A DNA stretch of 64,000 bases from NCBI GenBank assembly GCA_965208575.1, contig CBDBOV010000002.1, forward strand, positions 448,001-512,000. The letters run 5' to 3'. The first letter of the stretch is position 1. Every line of letters starts with the position of its first letter. The translations under genes were made by a program, and so were the position numbers. The DNA is from Spirochaetia bacterium. GTDB taxonomy: Bacteria > Spirochaetota > Spirochaetia > SZUA-6 > Bin103. Shown piece by piece: positions 20,222 through 30,546 of this stretch. Under the pieces are notes generated by a model, which was not told where the DNA came from, did not search any database, and worked only from the letters and a program-made list of their open reading frames with translations.

Positions 20222-20512
20222 ATGGCCAGCATCGTTCCCATGGACCGAGAGGAGCTTCCCGCCGACTGCTACGTGTACAAGCACTCCACCGCTTGCCCGA
20301 TTTCGGCGGCGGCGGCGGCGGTCGTGCGCGACTACGTTTTTGACCGGCCGGTGTACTGGGTCAACGTGATCGAGCAGCGCCCGCTGTCCAACTGGGTCGC
20401 CGACGCTTACCGCGTGCGCCACCAGTCGCCGCAGCTCCTGAAGATCAGCGGCAGCCGCGTCGAGCGGCACTGGAGCCACTTCGACATCACCGCCGCCAAC
20501 CTGTCCTCCTGA
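20222..20512 (+). CDS. YtxJ/BrxC (DUF2847) thioredoxin-like protein
   Basis: KHSTACPIS, V.EQRPLSN, RHQSPQ, HWSHFDIT. Confidence 0.85.
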   Translation: MASIVPMDREELPADCYVYKHSTACPISAAAAAVVRDYVFDRPVYWVNVIEQRPLSNWVADAYRVRHQSPQLLKISGSRVERHWSHFDITAANLSS

Positions 20513-22181
20513 GAAACAACAATCAGGCGGCCTCCGGGACAAGCTCATAACCGAGTGCGTGTGCCTGCCTTCGGAGCCGGCGTTCAAAGCGGCGCCGGTC
20601 CTGGCGCTCCTCGGCGGCGAGGATGCTGTCATCGTAGGCCACGCGATGCGTGATCAGATGGTAGATGATCCGAGCCAGTTTATGCGCGACTGCAGTGGTC
20701 GCTTCGGGAGTACCCAGACGCGCCCGCATGCGGCGGAAGTGCTGGCCCAGGGCCGATGGGCTGCGGTACAACGACTGGGTCGCCCAGTGCAGCGCCTGGG
20801 CGGCCCGATTGGTGCCCCGACCGGTGTGCGAGCTGATGATCTTGCCGCCGGTGATCTGGTTGTGGGGGCACAGGTGCAGCCAGGAGGCGAATTGCGGTGC
20901 GGTCGGAAAGCGGGACAGTTCCGGGCCGAGTTCGGTGAACAGAACCAGCGCCGTACTTTCGCCGATGCCGGGAATCAGCGTCAGGTCAGTGCCGAACAGG
21001 TGCGTAAGGTGGCCGCGCAGGTCGAACCGCTTGGCCGGTGACTCGGTTGGCGCCTCGGGCTCCGCATCGATTCCCTCATCCGGTGGGTCGTCGCCCACCG
21101 CGCCGGGTGGCTCGCTGCTGGCTTCGAACGCGCGGATGCCGGCTTCGATTTCCTGATCGCACTCCGTGATGAGTTGTTGGTAGTGGGCATAGGTCGCTCG
21201 CGCGTGCCGCAACGCCAACAGGTGCTCGGCGCGCCAGTCGCCCTGCAGCGCCTTGATCAAGGTCTCGCGGCTGGCTTTGATCCGCCGGTCGGCCAGAGCG
21301 GCCAACCGCGCCGGATCCCGCTCACCCGCCAGGATAGCGTCCGTAATGGCCAGACCGGTCGTCCCCGTCAGGTCAGAGATGGCATGGTGCAGATGCACGT
21401 TCATCTGGCTGTACGCCTTCTGCATGTGCAACACGCTGCGCGACGCCATCTTGATCAAGGTGTCGCGATGGCGCAGCACCGAGCGCAGTGCACACACCTC
21501 GTCGGCAGGGCGGAATGAGCCGCGCAGCAATCCCACCGAGTGCAGGTAGCGCAACCACTCGCAGTCGGCCACGTCGGACTTCCGACCGGGTACCGAGTGC
21601 ACGTGACGCGCATTCACCAGCACCACGTCGAAGCCGTGTGCCTCCAGGATCTGATACACCGGAATCCAGTACACACCGGTGGACTCCATCGCCACCGTGG
21701 TGACCTCGCATTCCTTGAGCCAGTCGGCCAAGGCGTGCAGGTCCGCGGTGAACGTAGCAAAGTTCCGGATCGGGTCCGGGTCGCGCTCCGGGCGCACAGC
21801 CGCGTACACCTCGGTAGCGCCTATGTCCAAGCCGGCAGCGTCCGGGTGCATCACCTTTGGTTGCGCTGTGCGACTGCCCTTGCCCTTGCGTCTGTGTCTG
21901 CGTCGTGCCATGAAACCTCCGCTACGACTGAGTGGTGCGGCCAAGGCGTGTGTAGCAGGTATTCTCCTGAACGGGATGATCGCCACCCGGCCGCGCCGGC
22001 TGACAACCTCACCAATGACTACGCCACCCGCCCCGGGGCCAAGCTCTTGAACGGGTTCGCAGAACGTAACGCCAGTGACGCGCCGGCCTACTTTCGCGCT
22101 CCACCCAGAACTCTGCCCACACTATAGCTCACCCTTGTTTCTTTCATGACTGCGCCGGCCCAGGGGCCGGTGGGATAGCTC
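20506..22181 (-). mobile_element. IS110-family insertion sequence, copy 1 (1,676 bp including both GAG cores)
   Basis: Reverse-complement match to 45023-46698; same transposase translation; no long TIR or TSD. Confidence 0.93.
20523..21911 (-). CDS. IS110 DEDD transposase/recombinase
   Basis: AAGLDIG, VAMESTGVYW, KSDVAD, IPGIG, AVAHKLARIIY; GGAGG RBS before this ATG. Confidence 0.93.
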   Translation of the reverse strand: MARRRHRRKGKGSRTAQPKVMHPDAAGLDIGATEVYAAVRPERDPDPIRNFATFTADLHALADWLKECEVTTVAMESTGVYWIPVYQILEAHGFDVVLVNARHVHSVPGRKSDVADCEWLRYLHSVGLLRGSFRPADEVCALRSVLRHRDTLIKMASRSVLHMQKAYSQMNVHLHHAISDLTGTTGLAITDAILAGERDPARLAALADRRIKASRETLIKALQGDWRAEHLLALRHARATYAHYQQLITECDQEIEAGIRAFEASSEPPGAVGDDPPDEGIDAEPEAPTESPAKRFDLRGHLTHLFGTDLTLIPGIGESTALVLFTELGPELSRFPTAPQFASWLHLCPHNQITGGKIISSHTGRGTNRAAQALHWATQSLYRSPSALGQHFRRMRARLGTPEATTAVAHKLARIIYHLITHRVAYDDSILAAEERQDRRRFERRLRRQAHALGYELVPEAA

Positions 22182-22453
22182 TTGAGAGACTAAGTCAGGC
22201 GGCGTCCTGGTTTCTGCCGTGAACACGCCGGCCGCAGGCCGGTAGGAAGCTCCTGAGGAGCCGGCCCGCCAGACGCAGGGCTGCGCTGGTGGGCATGCGC
22301 AACGACCGCGAGCTGGCCGAGAACGTCGCCTCCACCGAGTGGCGGCTGAGCGATAACGGTGCCGCGCCGCCACGTCCGGCTCGACCACTCGTCAGCCGGC
22401 CAGGCAGCGCGCCGCAAGCGATCAGGCCGGCAACGCTCTTCGGCGGCAGGCCG

Positions 22454-24529
22454 TCAAGGGGCTTGGGAGCGGCTGCTTCCGGCTGCCTGCAGGGCGGCGA
22501 CGATGCGGTCCACGTCGTACACGGCGCCGCGCCAGGTGCCGCCGCTGGCGGCCTGCAGGGCGGCCCACAGGCGGGTGTCATCGGGCAGCGCGGCGTGGGC
22601 GGCCAGGTCCGGGTGGGCGGTGCGCCGTTCGAGCAGCGCGGCCGCCGCGGCCGGCTCGAGCGGGCCGTCGGCGGTGCCGGCCAGGTCGACGCGGCCCTCC
22701 AGGGCGGTGCGGTCCACCACGATCTCGATCAGGTCGCCGTCGCGCAGCTTGCCGAGCGGGCCGCCGGCGAGCGCCTCCGGGCCGATGTGGCCGATGCAGG
22801 CGCCGGTGGACACGCCGGAGAAGCGCGCGTCGGTAAGCACCGACACGGTCTTGCCCCAGGGCAGGAACTTGAGCGCCGAGGTGATCTGGTAGATCTCCTC
22901 CATGCCGGTGCCGGCCGGGCCGATGCCCATCACCACCACGATGTCGTGCGCCTTGACCGGGGCGGCGCCGGGGGAGCCCTTGATGGCGGCGATGGCGTCC
23001 GCCTCGCTGGTGAACACGCGCGCCGTGCCGCGGTGGGTGTAGACGCCGGCGTCGTCCACCACGCTCGGATCGATGGCGGTGGCCTTGATCACCGAGCCCT
23101 CCGGGGCCAGGTTGCCGACCGGGAACACCACGGTGCTGGTGAGGCCGCGCGCGCGGGCGTCGTCCGGGTCCATGATCACCTGCTCGGGGGCCACCCCGTC
23201 GGCGGTGCAGGCGGCGTGCGCGGCGGCGCGGCGCGGGCTGTCCTGCCAGCCGTCGAGCACCTCGTCCACGGTGCGCCCGGTGACCGTGCGCACGCCGGTG
23301 TGCAGCAGGCCGGCGCGGCGCAGGTGCAGCATCACCTCCGGCACGCCGCCGGCGGCGAACACGCGGATGGTGGGGTGGCCGACCGGGCCGTTGGGCAGCG
23401 CGTCCACCAGCCGCGGGGTGCTGCGGTTGACGCGCGCCCAGTCCGCCACCGTGGGGATGGGCAGGCCGGCGGCGTGCGCCACGGCGGGCAGGTGCAGCAG
23501 CAGGTTGGTGGAGCCGCCGAACGCGGCGTACACGACCATGGCGTTGTCCAGCGCCTGCTGCGTGAGCAGGTCGCCGGTGCGCAGCCCGGCGTCGGCCAGG
23601 GCCACCAGCGCCAGCGCGGAGCGGCGCGCCATGTCCAGCCACGACGGCTCGCCGGAGGGCGCCAGGGCGGCGTGCGGCAGCGACAGGCCGAGCCCCTCCG
23701 CCACCACCTGGGAGGTGGCCGCGGTGCCCAGGAACTGGCAGCCGCCGCCCGGGCTGCCGCACGCCCGGCAGCCCATGGTCTGGGCGTGCTCCAGGCTGAT
23801 CAGGCCGTGAGCGAAGCGGGCGCCAATGGTCTGCACCAGGCCGGTGTCCTCGGAGTCGGGCGCCGGCAGGGTAACGCCGCCGGGTACGATTACGCCCGGC
23901 TCGCCGCGCAGGCCGGCCACCGCCAGCAGCATCGCCGGCAGTCCCTTGTCGCAGGTGGCCACCCCCAGCACGCCGCTGCGCGTCGGCAGCGAGCGCGCCA
24001 GGCGGCGCAGCACCACGGCGGCGTCGTTGCGGTAGGGCAGGCTGTCGAACATGCCGGGGGTGCCCTGCGAGCGGCCGTCGCACGGGTCGGTGCAGAACGC
24101 CGCGAACGGGATGCAGCCCGAGTCGCGCAGGGCGTCGGCGGCCGCCTGCACCAGCAGGCCCACCTCCCAGTGGCCGGTGTGCAGGCCGAGCGCGATCGGC
24201 GACCCGTCCGGCGCGCGCACGCCGCCCTGCGTGCTCAGGATCATGAACGCCGGCTGGGTGGTCTCCGCCGGCTGCCAGCCCATCGCCACGTTGTGGGTGA
24301 GTCCGAACAGGTTGCCGCTCGGCTCCTCGCGCAGCATCTCCGCGGTGATCGGCAGCGCCCCCTCCGGCGCGGTGCCCATCGTGCGCAGCCCCGTCTCGGG
24401 GCCGCTGAGCCCCTCAAAGCCGAGAATCTCGTCGCCTCCGGCGATCCGCAGCGGCGCCTCGCGGTTGGGCCCGCGCGAGTCGCGGGGCGGGGCGGTGTCG
24501 GTGCTTCGGTTCTGATCGGTAGTGCTCAT
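22454..24529 (-). CDS. YjhG/YagF-family D-xylonate dehydratase (IlvD/Edd family)
   Basis: [39 protein letters not shown]. Confidence 0.9.
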   Translation of the reverse strand: MSTTDQNRSTDTAPPRDSRGPNREAPLRIAGGDEILGFEGLSGPETGLRTMGTAPEGALPITAEMLREEPSGNLFGLTHNVAMGWQPAETTQPAFMILSTQGGVRAPDGSPIALGLHTGHWEVGLLVQAAADALRDSGCIPFAAFCTDPCDGRSQGTPGMFDSLPYRNDAAVVLRRLARSLPTRSGVLGVATCDKGLPAMLLAVAGLRGEPGVIVPGGVTLPAPDSEDTGLVQTIGARFAHGLISLEHAQTMGCRACGSPGGGCQFLGTAATSQVVAEGLGLSLPHAALAPSGEPSWLDMARRSALALVALADAGLRTGDLLTQQALDNAMVVYAAFGGSTNLLLHLPAVAHAAGLPIPTVADWARVNRSTPRLVDALPNGPVGHPTIRVFAAGGVPEVMLHLRRAGLLHTGVRTVTGRTVDEVLDGWQDSPRRAAAHAACTADGVAPEQVIMDPDDARARGLTSTVVFPVGNLAPEGSVIKATAIDPSVVDDAGVYTHRGTARVFTSEADAIAAIKGSPGAAPVKAHDIVVVMGIGPAGTGMEEIYQITSALKFLPWGKTVSVLTDARFSGVSTGACIGHIGPEALAGGPLGKLRDGDLIEIVVDRTALEGRVDLAGTADGPLEPAAAAALLERRTAHPDLAAHAALPDDTRLWAALQAASGGTWRGAVYDVDRIVAALQAAGSSRSQAP

Positions 24530-24535
24530 GGGCGT

Positions 24536-25360
24536 TCAGCGGACCTGGTTGGTGAGGGTGCCGATCGCCGGGATGGTGATATCCACGGTGTCGCCGGGGG
24601 CGAGGGTGAAGCCGTCCGGGGGCACGATGCCGGTGCCGGTCATCAGGTAGCAGCCGTGCGGGAAGCTGTTGTCCCGGTACAGGTAGCCGAGCAGCTCCTC
24701 CGGCGTGCGCTTGAGTTCGGCGAGGGTGGTGCTGCCGGTGAACACCGCGGCGCCGCCGCGGCTGATTACCAGGCTGATTTCGGTGCTCGCCGGCAGCGGC
24801 TCGGCGCCCACCAGCAGCGCCGGTCCGAGCGCGCAACTGGCGTCGTATACCTTGGCCTGCGGCAGGTAGAGCGGGTTCTCGCCCTCGATGTCGCGCGAAC
24901 TGACGTCGTTGCCGATGGTGCAGCCGATCAGCGCACCGCCCGCGTCGGCGAGCAGCACCAGCTCCGGTTCCGGCACGTTCCAGCCGGCGTCGGCACGGAT
25001 CGCGATCTGCCCGCCGCTGCCCACCGCGGTGCGCGCGCTACCCTTGAAGAACAGCTCCGGGCGCGGCGCGCTGTACACGCGGTCGTAGAAGCTGTCGCCG
25101 CCGGCCTGCTCCGACTCCGCCATGCGCGCGTCGCGGCTGCGGTAGTAGGTGACCCCGGCCGCCCACACCTCCTGCGACACCAGCGGCACCAGCGCATCGG
25201 CCGGGTCGAACGCCTCCAGCGCGGTTCCCTGCGCCGCCAGGGCGGCGATCCGGTCGGGCAGGCCGGGCGGTCCGATCAGGCTGTCCCAACTCTCGGCCAG
25301 CAGTACGAAACGGTCTTCGGCGGCGGCCACGACGCCGCGCTGCGTACGGTACAGTAACAT
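24536..25360 (-). CDS. Fumarylacetoacetate hydrolase family, probable 2-keto-3-deoxy-xylonate dehydratase
   Basis: QEVWAAGVTY, RPELFFK, VPEPE, GNDVSSRDIEGENPLYLPQAKVY; adjacent to xylonate dehydratase. Confidence 0.85.
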   Translation of the reverse strand: MLLYRTQRGVVAAAEDRFVLLAESWDSLIGPPGLPDRIAALAAQGTALEAFDPADALVPLVSQEVWAAGVTYYRSRDARMAESEQAGGDSFYDRVYSAPRPELFFKGSARTAVGSGGQIAIRADAGWNVPEPELVLLADAGGALIGCTIGNDVSSRDIEGENPLYLPQAKVYDASCALGPALLVGAEPLPASTEISLVISRGGAAVFTGSTTLAELKRTPEELLGYLYRDNSFPHGCYLMTGTGIVPPDGFTLAPGDTVDITIPAIGTLTNQVR

Positions 25361-25394
25361 CGCCGGCGAATGTACCAGCCGGCAAAATCCGCCG

Positions 25395-25895
25395 TCAACG
25401 AACGCGCGTGCGGGATTCTTCGGCTGCCGTGCGCGTCCGGTCGCGCACGACGACATCGACTTCGCATTCCAGGACGTGAAGGAGGTGCAGTACGTGATCA
25501 ACGGACTTGCGGTAGTTGGTCTGATCCAGCAATCGATAGAGTTGAGCAGGCGAGGTTCCGAGTCGCCGGATGATTTCCCGTTTCGAGAGGGCCGTCACGG
25601 TCACTCTGCGCTGCGCCTCAAGCGTGAGCTTGTACAGCAACAGGTCGCGCAGGTAGCTCGGATCCTGGTTGAATTCCAGAACCTGCTCGACGTGGACCGT
25701 GGTCTCTCGCCCGGATTTCACGGTGAACACGAATGCCTCCTGAGCCAGTTCGTCGTCAACGCGGACCCGGGCCACCGGGTCTCCGGGCGCGGGAGCGGGA
25801 TCGGTCTTGACGTACGGGAACAGAAAGGACTCCGAGTCCGTCGTGATCTCGAACGATTTCTTGTGGTTGTTGAAAGTCACCGTACGAATCTTCAC
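25395..25895 (-). CDS. Putative antitoxin with C-terminal HTH
   Basis: LSKREIIRRLGTSPAQLYRLLDQTN HTH; GTGA-coupled to an upstream toxin remnant. Confidence 0.7.
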   Translation of the reverse strand: MKIRTVTFNNHKKSFEITTDSESFLFPYVKTDPAPAPGDPVARVRVDDELAQEAFVFTVKSGRETTVHVEQVLEFNQDPSYLRDLLLYKLTLEAQRRVTVTALSKREIIRRLGTSPAQLYRLLDQTNYRKSVDHVLHLLHVLECEVDVVVRDRTRTAAEESRTRVR

Positions 25896-26052
25896 AGCTC
25901 ACCCTCACGCTGCAGTTCCTCGATCAGATCCAGAATCCGCCGGGTCGCCGTGCCCTTCATCGCCATCCGATGCTACAGACATGCACATGACGCGGCGCGT
26001 GGTAGGAGACCCAAGTGATAAAGATATAGCCGCCGCGCCGAATCCGCGCCAC
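25892..26052 (-). pseudogene. DUF4160-like toxin remnant with internal deletion/frameshift
   Basis: MARIRRGGYIFITWVSYHAPRHVHV, then a frame change to MKGTATRRILDLIEELQREGEL. Confidence 0.6.
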
Positions 26053-26141
26053 AAGAAAGGCTACCCTGCACGGTAACATTTGTCAAAAGCGCGGGGCTGC
26101 CCCCGACGCCACGGCGGTAGCCCCGCCACGCAGACGGTGGG

Positions 26142-27062
26142 ATGGCGTATGATGGCGGCAGAGTGAAGCGACTGCTCCCGATAGTGGCAGCGGCTGCCGT
26201 ACTGGTGGCCGGCGGAGCGGCGTTCCTGGCGGTGCGCACGCCCTCGCCCGAGCAGGTGGCGACCCGCCTGCTGCACGCGCGCTACGTCAACGACGCGGCG
26301 GCGGTGTACGAGCTGGCGTCGGCGGAAGACCGGCGCTGGCGCACGCTGGAGCAGCACCTGGCGGGCCACCCGCAGTTTCCGGCGGAGTTCCAGGAGCTGA
26401 TCGTGGAGTTGGGCGAGTTCATCGAGATACGCGAAACCGAGGGCGAACTGCAGGGCGACGCCGGCGTGGTGACCGTGCACGGCGCGGTGCCGAACGCCAA
26501 CCATCCGGAGCTGCGCGACCTGCTGTACGGCGAGGGCGCCGCCGACGGCAGCGGTGTGGAGGAGCGCCGCGCCGAGTTGCGCCGCCGCGGAGAGGCCGGC
26601 ACGCTGCCGGTGATCGAGTTCTCGCAGCGGGTGGAACTGGTGCGGGAAGGCGAGCACTGGAAGGTGTTCCTGGACTGGGCGGTAGGCTTCACGATCCGGT
26701 TCCGCGCCGAGGTGCGCGAGGAGCTCCCGTTCGAGTTCAGCGTGGAGCCGGAGAGCATCACGCTGAGACCGGGTGAGACCGGCGCGGCGGTGTTCCGCGC
26801 GCGCAACGCTTCCGACGCCACGGTCAAGGCCAAGGCGGGCCACCTGTTCGAGCCGCCGGCGGCGTTCCTGCACACCGAGCTGCTGCAGTGTTTCTGTTTC
26901 TTCGAGGACACCTACGCGCCGGGTGAGGAGCGCGAGCTGCCGGTAGCCATACGCCTCGGCTGGGACACTCCGCCCGATATCGGCGAGATCACCATGCTGT
27001 ACGAGTACTATCCGCTGGCGCAGTTCCAGGACCGCCGCCCCGCCGAGGCGCGCGATGAGTAG
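26142..27062 (+). CDS. Membrane-anchored protein with C-terminal CtaG/Cox11 copper-chaperone domain
   Basis: IRFRAEV..LPFEF..P, LRPGET..FRARN, LQCFCFFEDTYAPGEERELPV. Confidence 0.75.
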   Translation: MAYDGGRVKRLLPIVAAAAVLVAGGAAFLAVRTPSPEQVATRLLHARYVNDAAAVYELASAEDRRWRTLEQHLAGHPQFPAEFQELIVELGEFIEIRETEGELQGDAGVVTVHGAVPNANHPELRDLLYGEGAADGSGVEERRAELRRRGEAGTLPVIEFSQRVELVREGEHWKVFLDWAVGFTIRFRAEVREELPFEFSVEPESITLRPGETGAAVFRARNASDATVKAKAGHLFEPPAAFLHTELLQCFCFFEDTYAPGEERELPVAIRLGWDTPPDIGEITMLYEYYPLAQFQDRRPAEARDE

Positions 27063-28293
27063 CAACGGCAACACGGTAAGGATGACCGAGGGATACTCGG
27101 ATCGAGAACTGGAAGCGATGATGGCGGACCTGGAGTCCGACCTGGTCGAGCGCAAGGAGTCGCTACGCGGCGACAGCGCGGCGCGCATTCGGGAGGCGGT
27201 GTGCGCGTTCGCCAACGACCTGCCGGACCATCGGCGTCCGGGGGTGGTGTTCGTCGGCGCGGACGACGCCGGCGACCCCACCGGGCTGGACATCACCGAC
27301 CAGCTTCTGTTGCAGCTCTCCGATATCAAGACCGACGGCAACATCGTACCGCCGCCGACCCTGACCGTCGCAAAGCACGTGCTCGGCGGTCTGGCGGTGG
27401 CGGTGGTAACCGTGCGGCCCTCCGACTCGCCGCCGGTACGCTGCCGGGGGCGCACCTGGATTCGCGTCGGTCCGCGGCGCGCGATTGCCAGTGCACAGGA
27501 TGAGCGGATCCTGAACGAGCGGCGCCGGTACCGGGATTCGCACTACGACTCCTCCGCGGTCCGCATGGCCACGATCGACGACCTGCGGGTGGGGCGCTTC
27601 ATGGACGAGTACCTGCCGGCCGCGGTCGACGCCGAGACGCTGGCCGCGAACGACCGCACCGAGGAGGAGCGCCTAGCCGCCGCGAAGATGATCGTCTCCG
27701 TGGATGAGCCGGTGCCGAGCGTGGCCGGCATGCTGGTCCTGGGCCGGCAGCCGCAGCAGTTCCTGCCGGGGGCTTACGTGCAGTTTCTGCGCATCGCCGG
27801 CCGGGAGTGGGGCGGCGAGGTGCTGGACGAGGCGCGCTGCGACGGGCCGGTGGCCGACCTGGTGCGCCGGGTGGACGACAAGCTGATCGCGCACAACCGC
27901 ACCGCGGTGGAGTTCATATCGGCCCCCACCGAGACCCGCCGGTCGACCTATCCGCTCGGTGCACTGCAGCAGCTCGTGCGCAACGCGGTGATGCACCGCA
28001 CCTACGACGGCACCAACGCGCCGGTGCACGTGTACTGGTTCGACGACCGGATAGAAATCAACAGTCCGGGCGGCCCGTACGGCGCGCTCACGCCGGAGAA
28101 CTTCGGGCGGCCGGGCGTGATCGACTATCGCAACCCGACGCTGGCGGAGGCGATGCGCGTACTCGGCCTGGTGCAGCGCTACGGGTTCGGCATACCGGCG
28201 GCGCGGCGCGAGTTGCGCGCCGCCGGCCAGGGCGACCCCGAATTCCAGGTCGACACCCACTGGGTGCACTGCACGGTGCGCGCACTTCGATAG
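27055..28293 (+). CDS. AlbA_2 (Schlafen-like) domain + RecG-C/HATPase_c_4 protein
   Basis: ESDLVERKES, VCAFAND..G...VG..D, NAVMHRTY, DRIEINSPGG, YRNP.LA. Confidence 0.85.
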   Translation: MSSNGNTVRMTEGYSDRELEAMMADLESDLVERKESLRGDSAARIREAVCAFANDLPDHRRPGVVFVGADDAGDPTGLDITDQLLLQLSDIKTDGNIVPPPTLTVAKHVLGGLAVAVVTVRPSDSPPVRCRGRTWIRVGPRRAIASAQDERILNERRRYRDSHYDSSAVRMATIDDLRVGRFMDEYLPAAVDAETLAANDRTEEERLAAAKMIVSVDEPVPSVAGMLVLGRQPQQFLPGAYVQFLRIAGREWGGEVLDEARCDGPVADLVRRVDDKLIAHNRTAVEFISAPTETRRSTYPLGALQQLVRNAVMHRTYDGTNAPVHVYWFDDRIEINSPGGPYGALTPENFGRPGVIDYRNPTLAEAMRVLGLVQRYGFGIPAARRELRAAGQGDPEFQVDTHWVHCTVRALR

Positions 28294-28313
28294 CCGCGAT
28301 CCCTTGCTGCGAA

Positions 28314-29195
28314 CTAAGCGAGCTGGGTGCGGTAGACGGTTTCCGGGGTGTTCTCGATGCGCGTCCACCAGAGGGCGACGTCGAAGTCGGGGTCGCCGGC
28401 GAGGTAGCGCCACAGGCGGATGCGGTTCATCACCTCGATGCGGTGGCGCTGGCCGTGCCACGGGATCCGTTCGCTGAGGATCTTGGCGACGTCGGTGCGG
28501 GTGCCCGGGTGGTCGAGGTCGGCGGTGTTCCACAGCCGCTGCTGGCGCACGGTCGGGTTGAGGCGCAGCTTGAACATGTAGCGGTCGCGGCCGGTCCGGT
28601 TGCTGCGCGCCGCGTGCCACACGTTGGTGTGCCAGAAGAACATGGTGCCGGCGTCGCACACCGCCTGCACCTGGCCGAGCACGTCCTGGTAGCGGCTGGT
28701 GGTGGACTCGTATACGCGCCGGAACTGGCTGCCCGGCAGGAACAGCGTGCCGCCCGACTCGGCCGGCGTGTCCTCCGGGAAAAACGAGATCTGGATGTCG
28801 AAGTGGTGGCGCCGCACGTCGTACTCGGCGTCCTGGTGCAGATTGGCGCCCTTGCGCGTGTGCGCCGGGGTCAGGTGCGCGGCATGGTGGTCGTAGCGCG
28901 GGTCCGGGCCCACCAGGCTGTGGATGATCGCCGCCACCCGAGGCAGCCGGAACGCCTGTCCGAGCGCCGAGTCGGGCTGTGTCCAGATGTCCCGGAACGG
29001 TGCGCCGCCCTGGCCGCGGTCGCGCATGTGGCGCCCGGACTCGATCTCGGCCATCACCGCCGCGCACAACTCGCGCGGCACCAGGCCGTCGAAGCGCAGG
29101 AAGCCGTCGCGCACGAAGCGCGCCATGTCGCGGCTGGTCAGCCGCAGGTCGCCGGCAGTGCCGTTACCGCCGTTCCCGTCGTTACCGCTTGCCAT
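28314..29195 (-). CDS. Phytanoyl-CoA dioxygenase (PhyH) family protein
   Basis: FVRDGFL, LHQD, GGTLFLPGS, WHAARSN..R. Confidence 0.85.
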   Translation of the reverse strand: MASGNDGNGGNGTAGDLRLTSRDMARFVRDGFLRFDGLVPRELCAAVMAEIESGRHMRDRGQGGAPFRDIWTQPDSALGQAFRLPRVAAIIHSLVGPDPRYDHHAAHLTPAHTRKGANLHQDAEYDVRRHHFDIQISFFPEDTPAESGGTLFLPGSQFRRVYESTTSRYQDVLGQVQAVCDAGTMFFWHTNVWHAARSNRTGRDRYMFKLRLNPTVRQQRLWNTADLDHPGTRTDVAKILSERIPWHGQRHRIEVMNRIRLWRYLAGDPDFDVALWWTRIENTPETVYRTQLA

Positions 29196-29502
29196 CGGTC
29201 GCCTCCAGTTTCTCCAACACGAATTCGAACTCCAGGTAGGAGAGGTCGTACTCCTGGCCGGGACTCGGCGGGAGCAGGTCGGGGTACTTGATTACCCGCC
29301 AGCCGTCGCGCATGGCATCGAGGACGGTGGCGTAGGGCGGTACCGCATCGCCGGCGGCCTCGTAGGTGTCCCGGCCGGTGCCGTCGTACAGCGACCAGGC
29401 CACCACCTCGGTGTCGGGACTGGAGTTGGCCGCGTACAGCACCAGCAGCTTCTGCCGGAGCGCTGCACGGTCGGTGGGGCTCGCCATCATCCGCTGCTCC
29501 AT
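29182..29502 (-). CDS. Hypothetical protein coupled to the PhyH gene
   Basis: 106-aa globular-looking ORF overlapping the PhyH start. Confidence 0.6.
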   Translation of the reverse strand: MEQRMMASPTDRAALRQKLLVLYAANSSPDTEVVAWSLYDGTGRDTYEAAGDAVPPYATVLDAMRDGWRVIKYPDLLPPSPGQEYDLSYLEFEFVLEKLEATDGKR

Positions 29503-29693
29503 GTCGCACTAGGGGTAGTCCTCGCCCGAAAGGCGGCGGACGCGAGGGAGTCTGTACCAACGGCGCAACGAGGCGCAACCACCGCAACCACCGCCACCAC
29601 CGGGTGCAGCGGCATCGGCAGTGCAACGGGAACGGGTGTCGAGGCGCGACGCCGGCGCAGGTGCGGCGCCGGTGTGCCGAAAACCACATTGTA

Positions 29694-30299
29694 ATGAAGC
29701 GGCACCGCACACAGACTTCGTTGAACGGGACGTGGAAGTTCCGCACCGACCCCGACGGCATGGGCGACGTCTCCCCCGACATCGTCCGCAATACGATCGG
29801 CGCGACCGCGCAGGGAAGCTGTGCCACGCGCTGGTGATCGCCGCCGGCGAGGAGGACCCGACCCGCTTTCTGCAGCAGGGCGCGTGCGTGTGGGAGTGGC
29901 AGATCGCGAAGGAGAAGTACGACTGGCCGATCGACTACCACCTGCTGTGCAGGCTGGTTCCCGCCCGACATGAACTACCTGATCAAGCCGTTCCGGACGC
30001 TGCCCGATTCCGAGGGGCCGGCGGTCGGCTCGGTGGCCGACCTGGCGAACAAGAAGCGCAACCTGCTGGAGTTCATCGGCGAGTTCGGGCCGCCCGAGTC
30101 GCTGCCCAACCTGGAGTCGCTGTGCCGCTTCCTGCCGGAGAACGAGCGCTGGCCGCTGGACTGGAAGGCGCTGGAGCGGCGCTGCCTGCACGGCGACATC
30201 CTGCTGCGCTGGATTCCGGAGCCGCAGAGCCTGCAGCAGTTGATCCGCGACAGCCAGGACTACCAGGCGTTCCTGTACAAGTACCACGTGGAGAGTTGA
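29694..30299 (+). pseudogene. Glycoside hydrolase family 2 remnant with large deletions
   Basis: SLNGTWKF N-terminus; IGEFG..SLP...SQDYQAFLYKYHVE segment in another frame. Confidence 0.6.
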
Positions 30300-30312
30300 G
30301 CATACTTTGCCG

Positions 30313-30449
30313 GTGCGCTTCTTCAACACTACCGGCCCGGTACGCGCCCACAAGCACTACTGTGTGCCGGCAGGAGGAGGGACGAGAAGATATTCCACTA
30401 CCGCCGCGAGTCCGGCGCCGGCGCCGACATCCACGTGTGGGGCATGTAG
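30313..30449 (+). pseudogene. Collapsed AAA-ATPase gene (N- and C-termini only)
   Basis: MRFFNTTGPVRAHKHYCVP joined out of frame to DEKIFHY...IHVWGM*. Confidence 0.55.
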
Positions 30450-30546
30450 CCGAGACCCCGATTCGGCGCCGATACCGTTGAATTACTGATAAAATCAACG
30501 GCAGCGCCGTGGATTATTGGGCCGAATCCCGGTAGGCTGGGTTGGC

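Noticed and set aside
29570-29605. GCAACCACC-type microrepeat
   Set aside because: About three degenerate units in intergenic GC-rich DNA; no evidence of function
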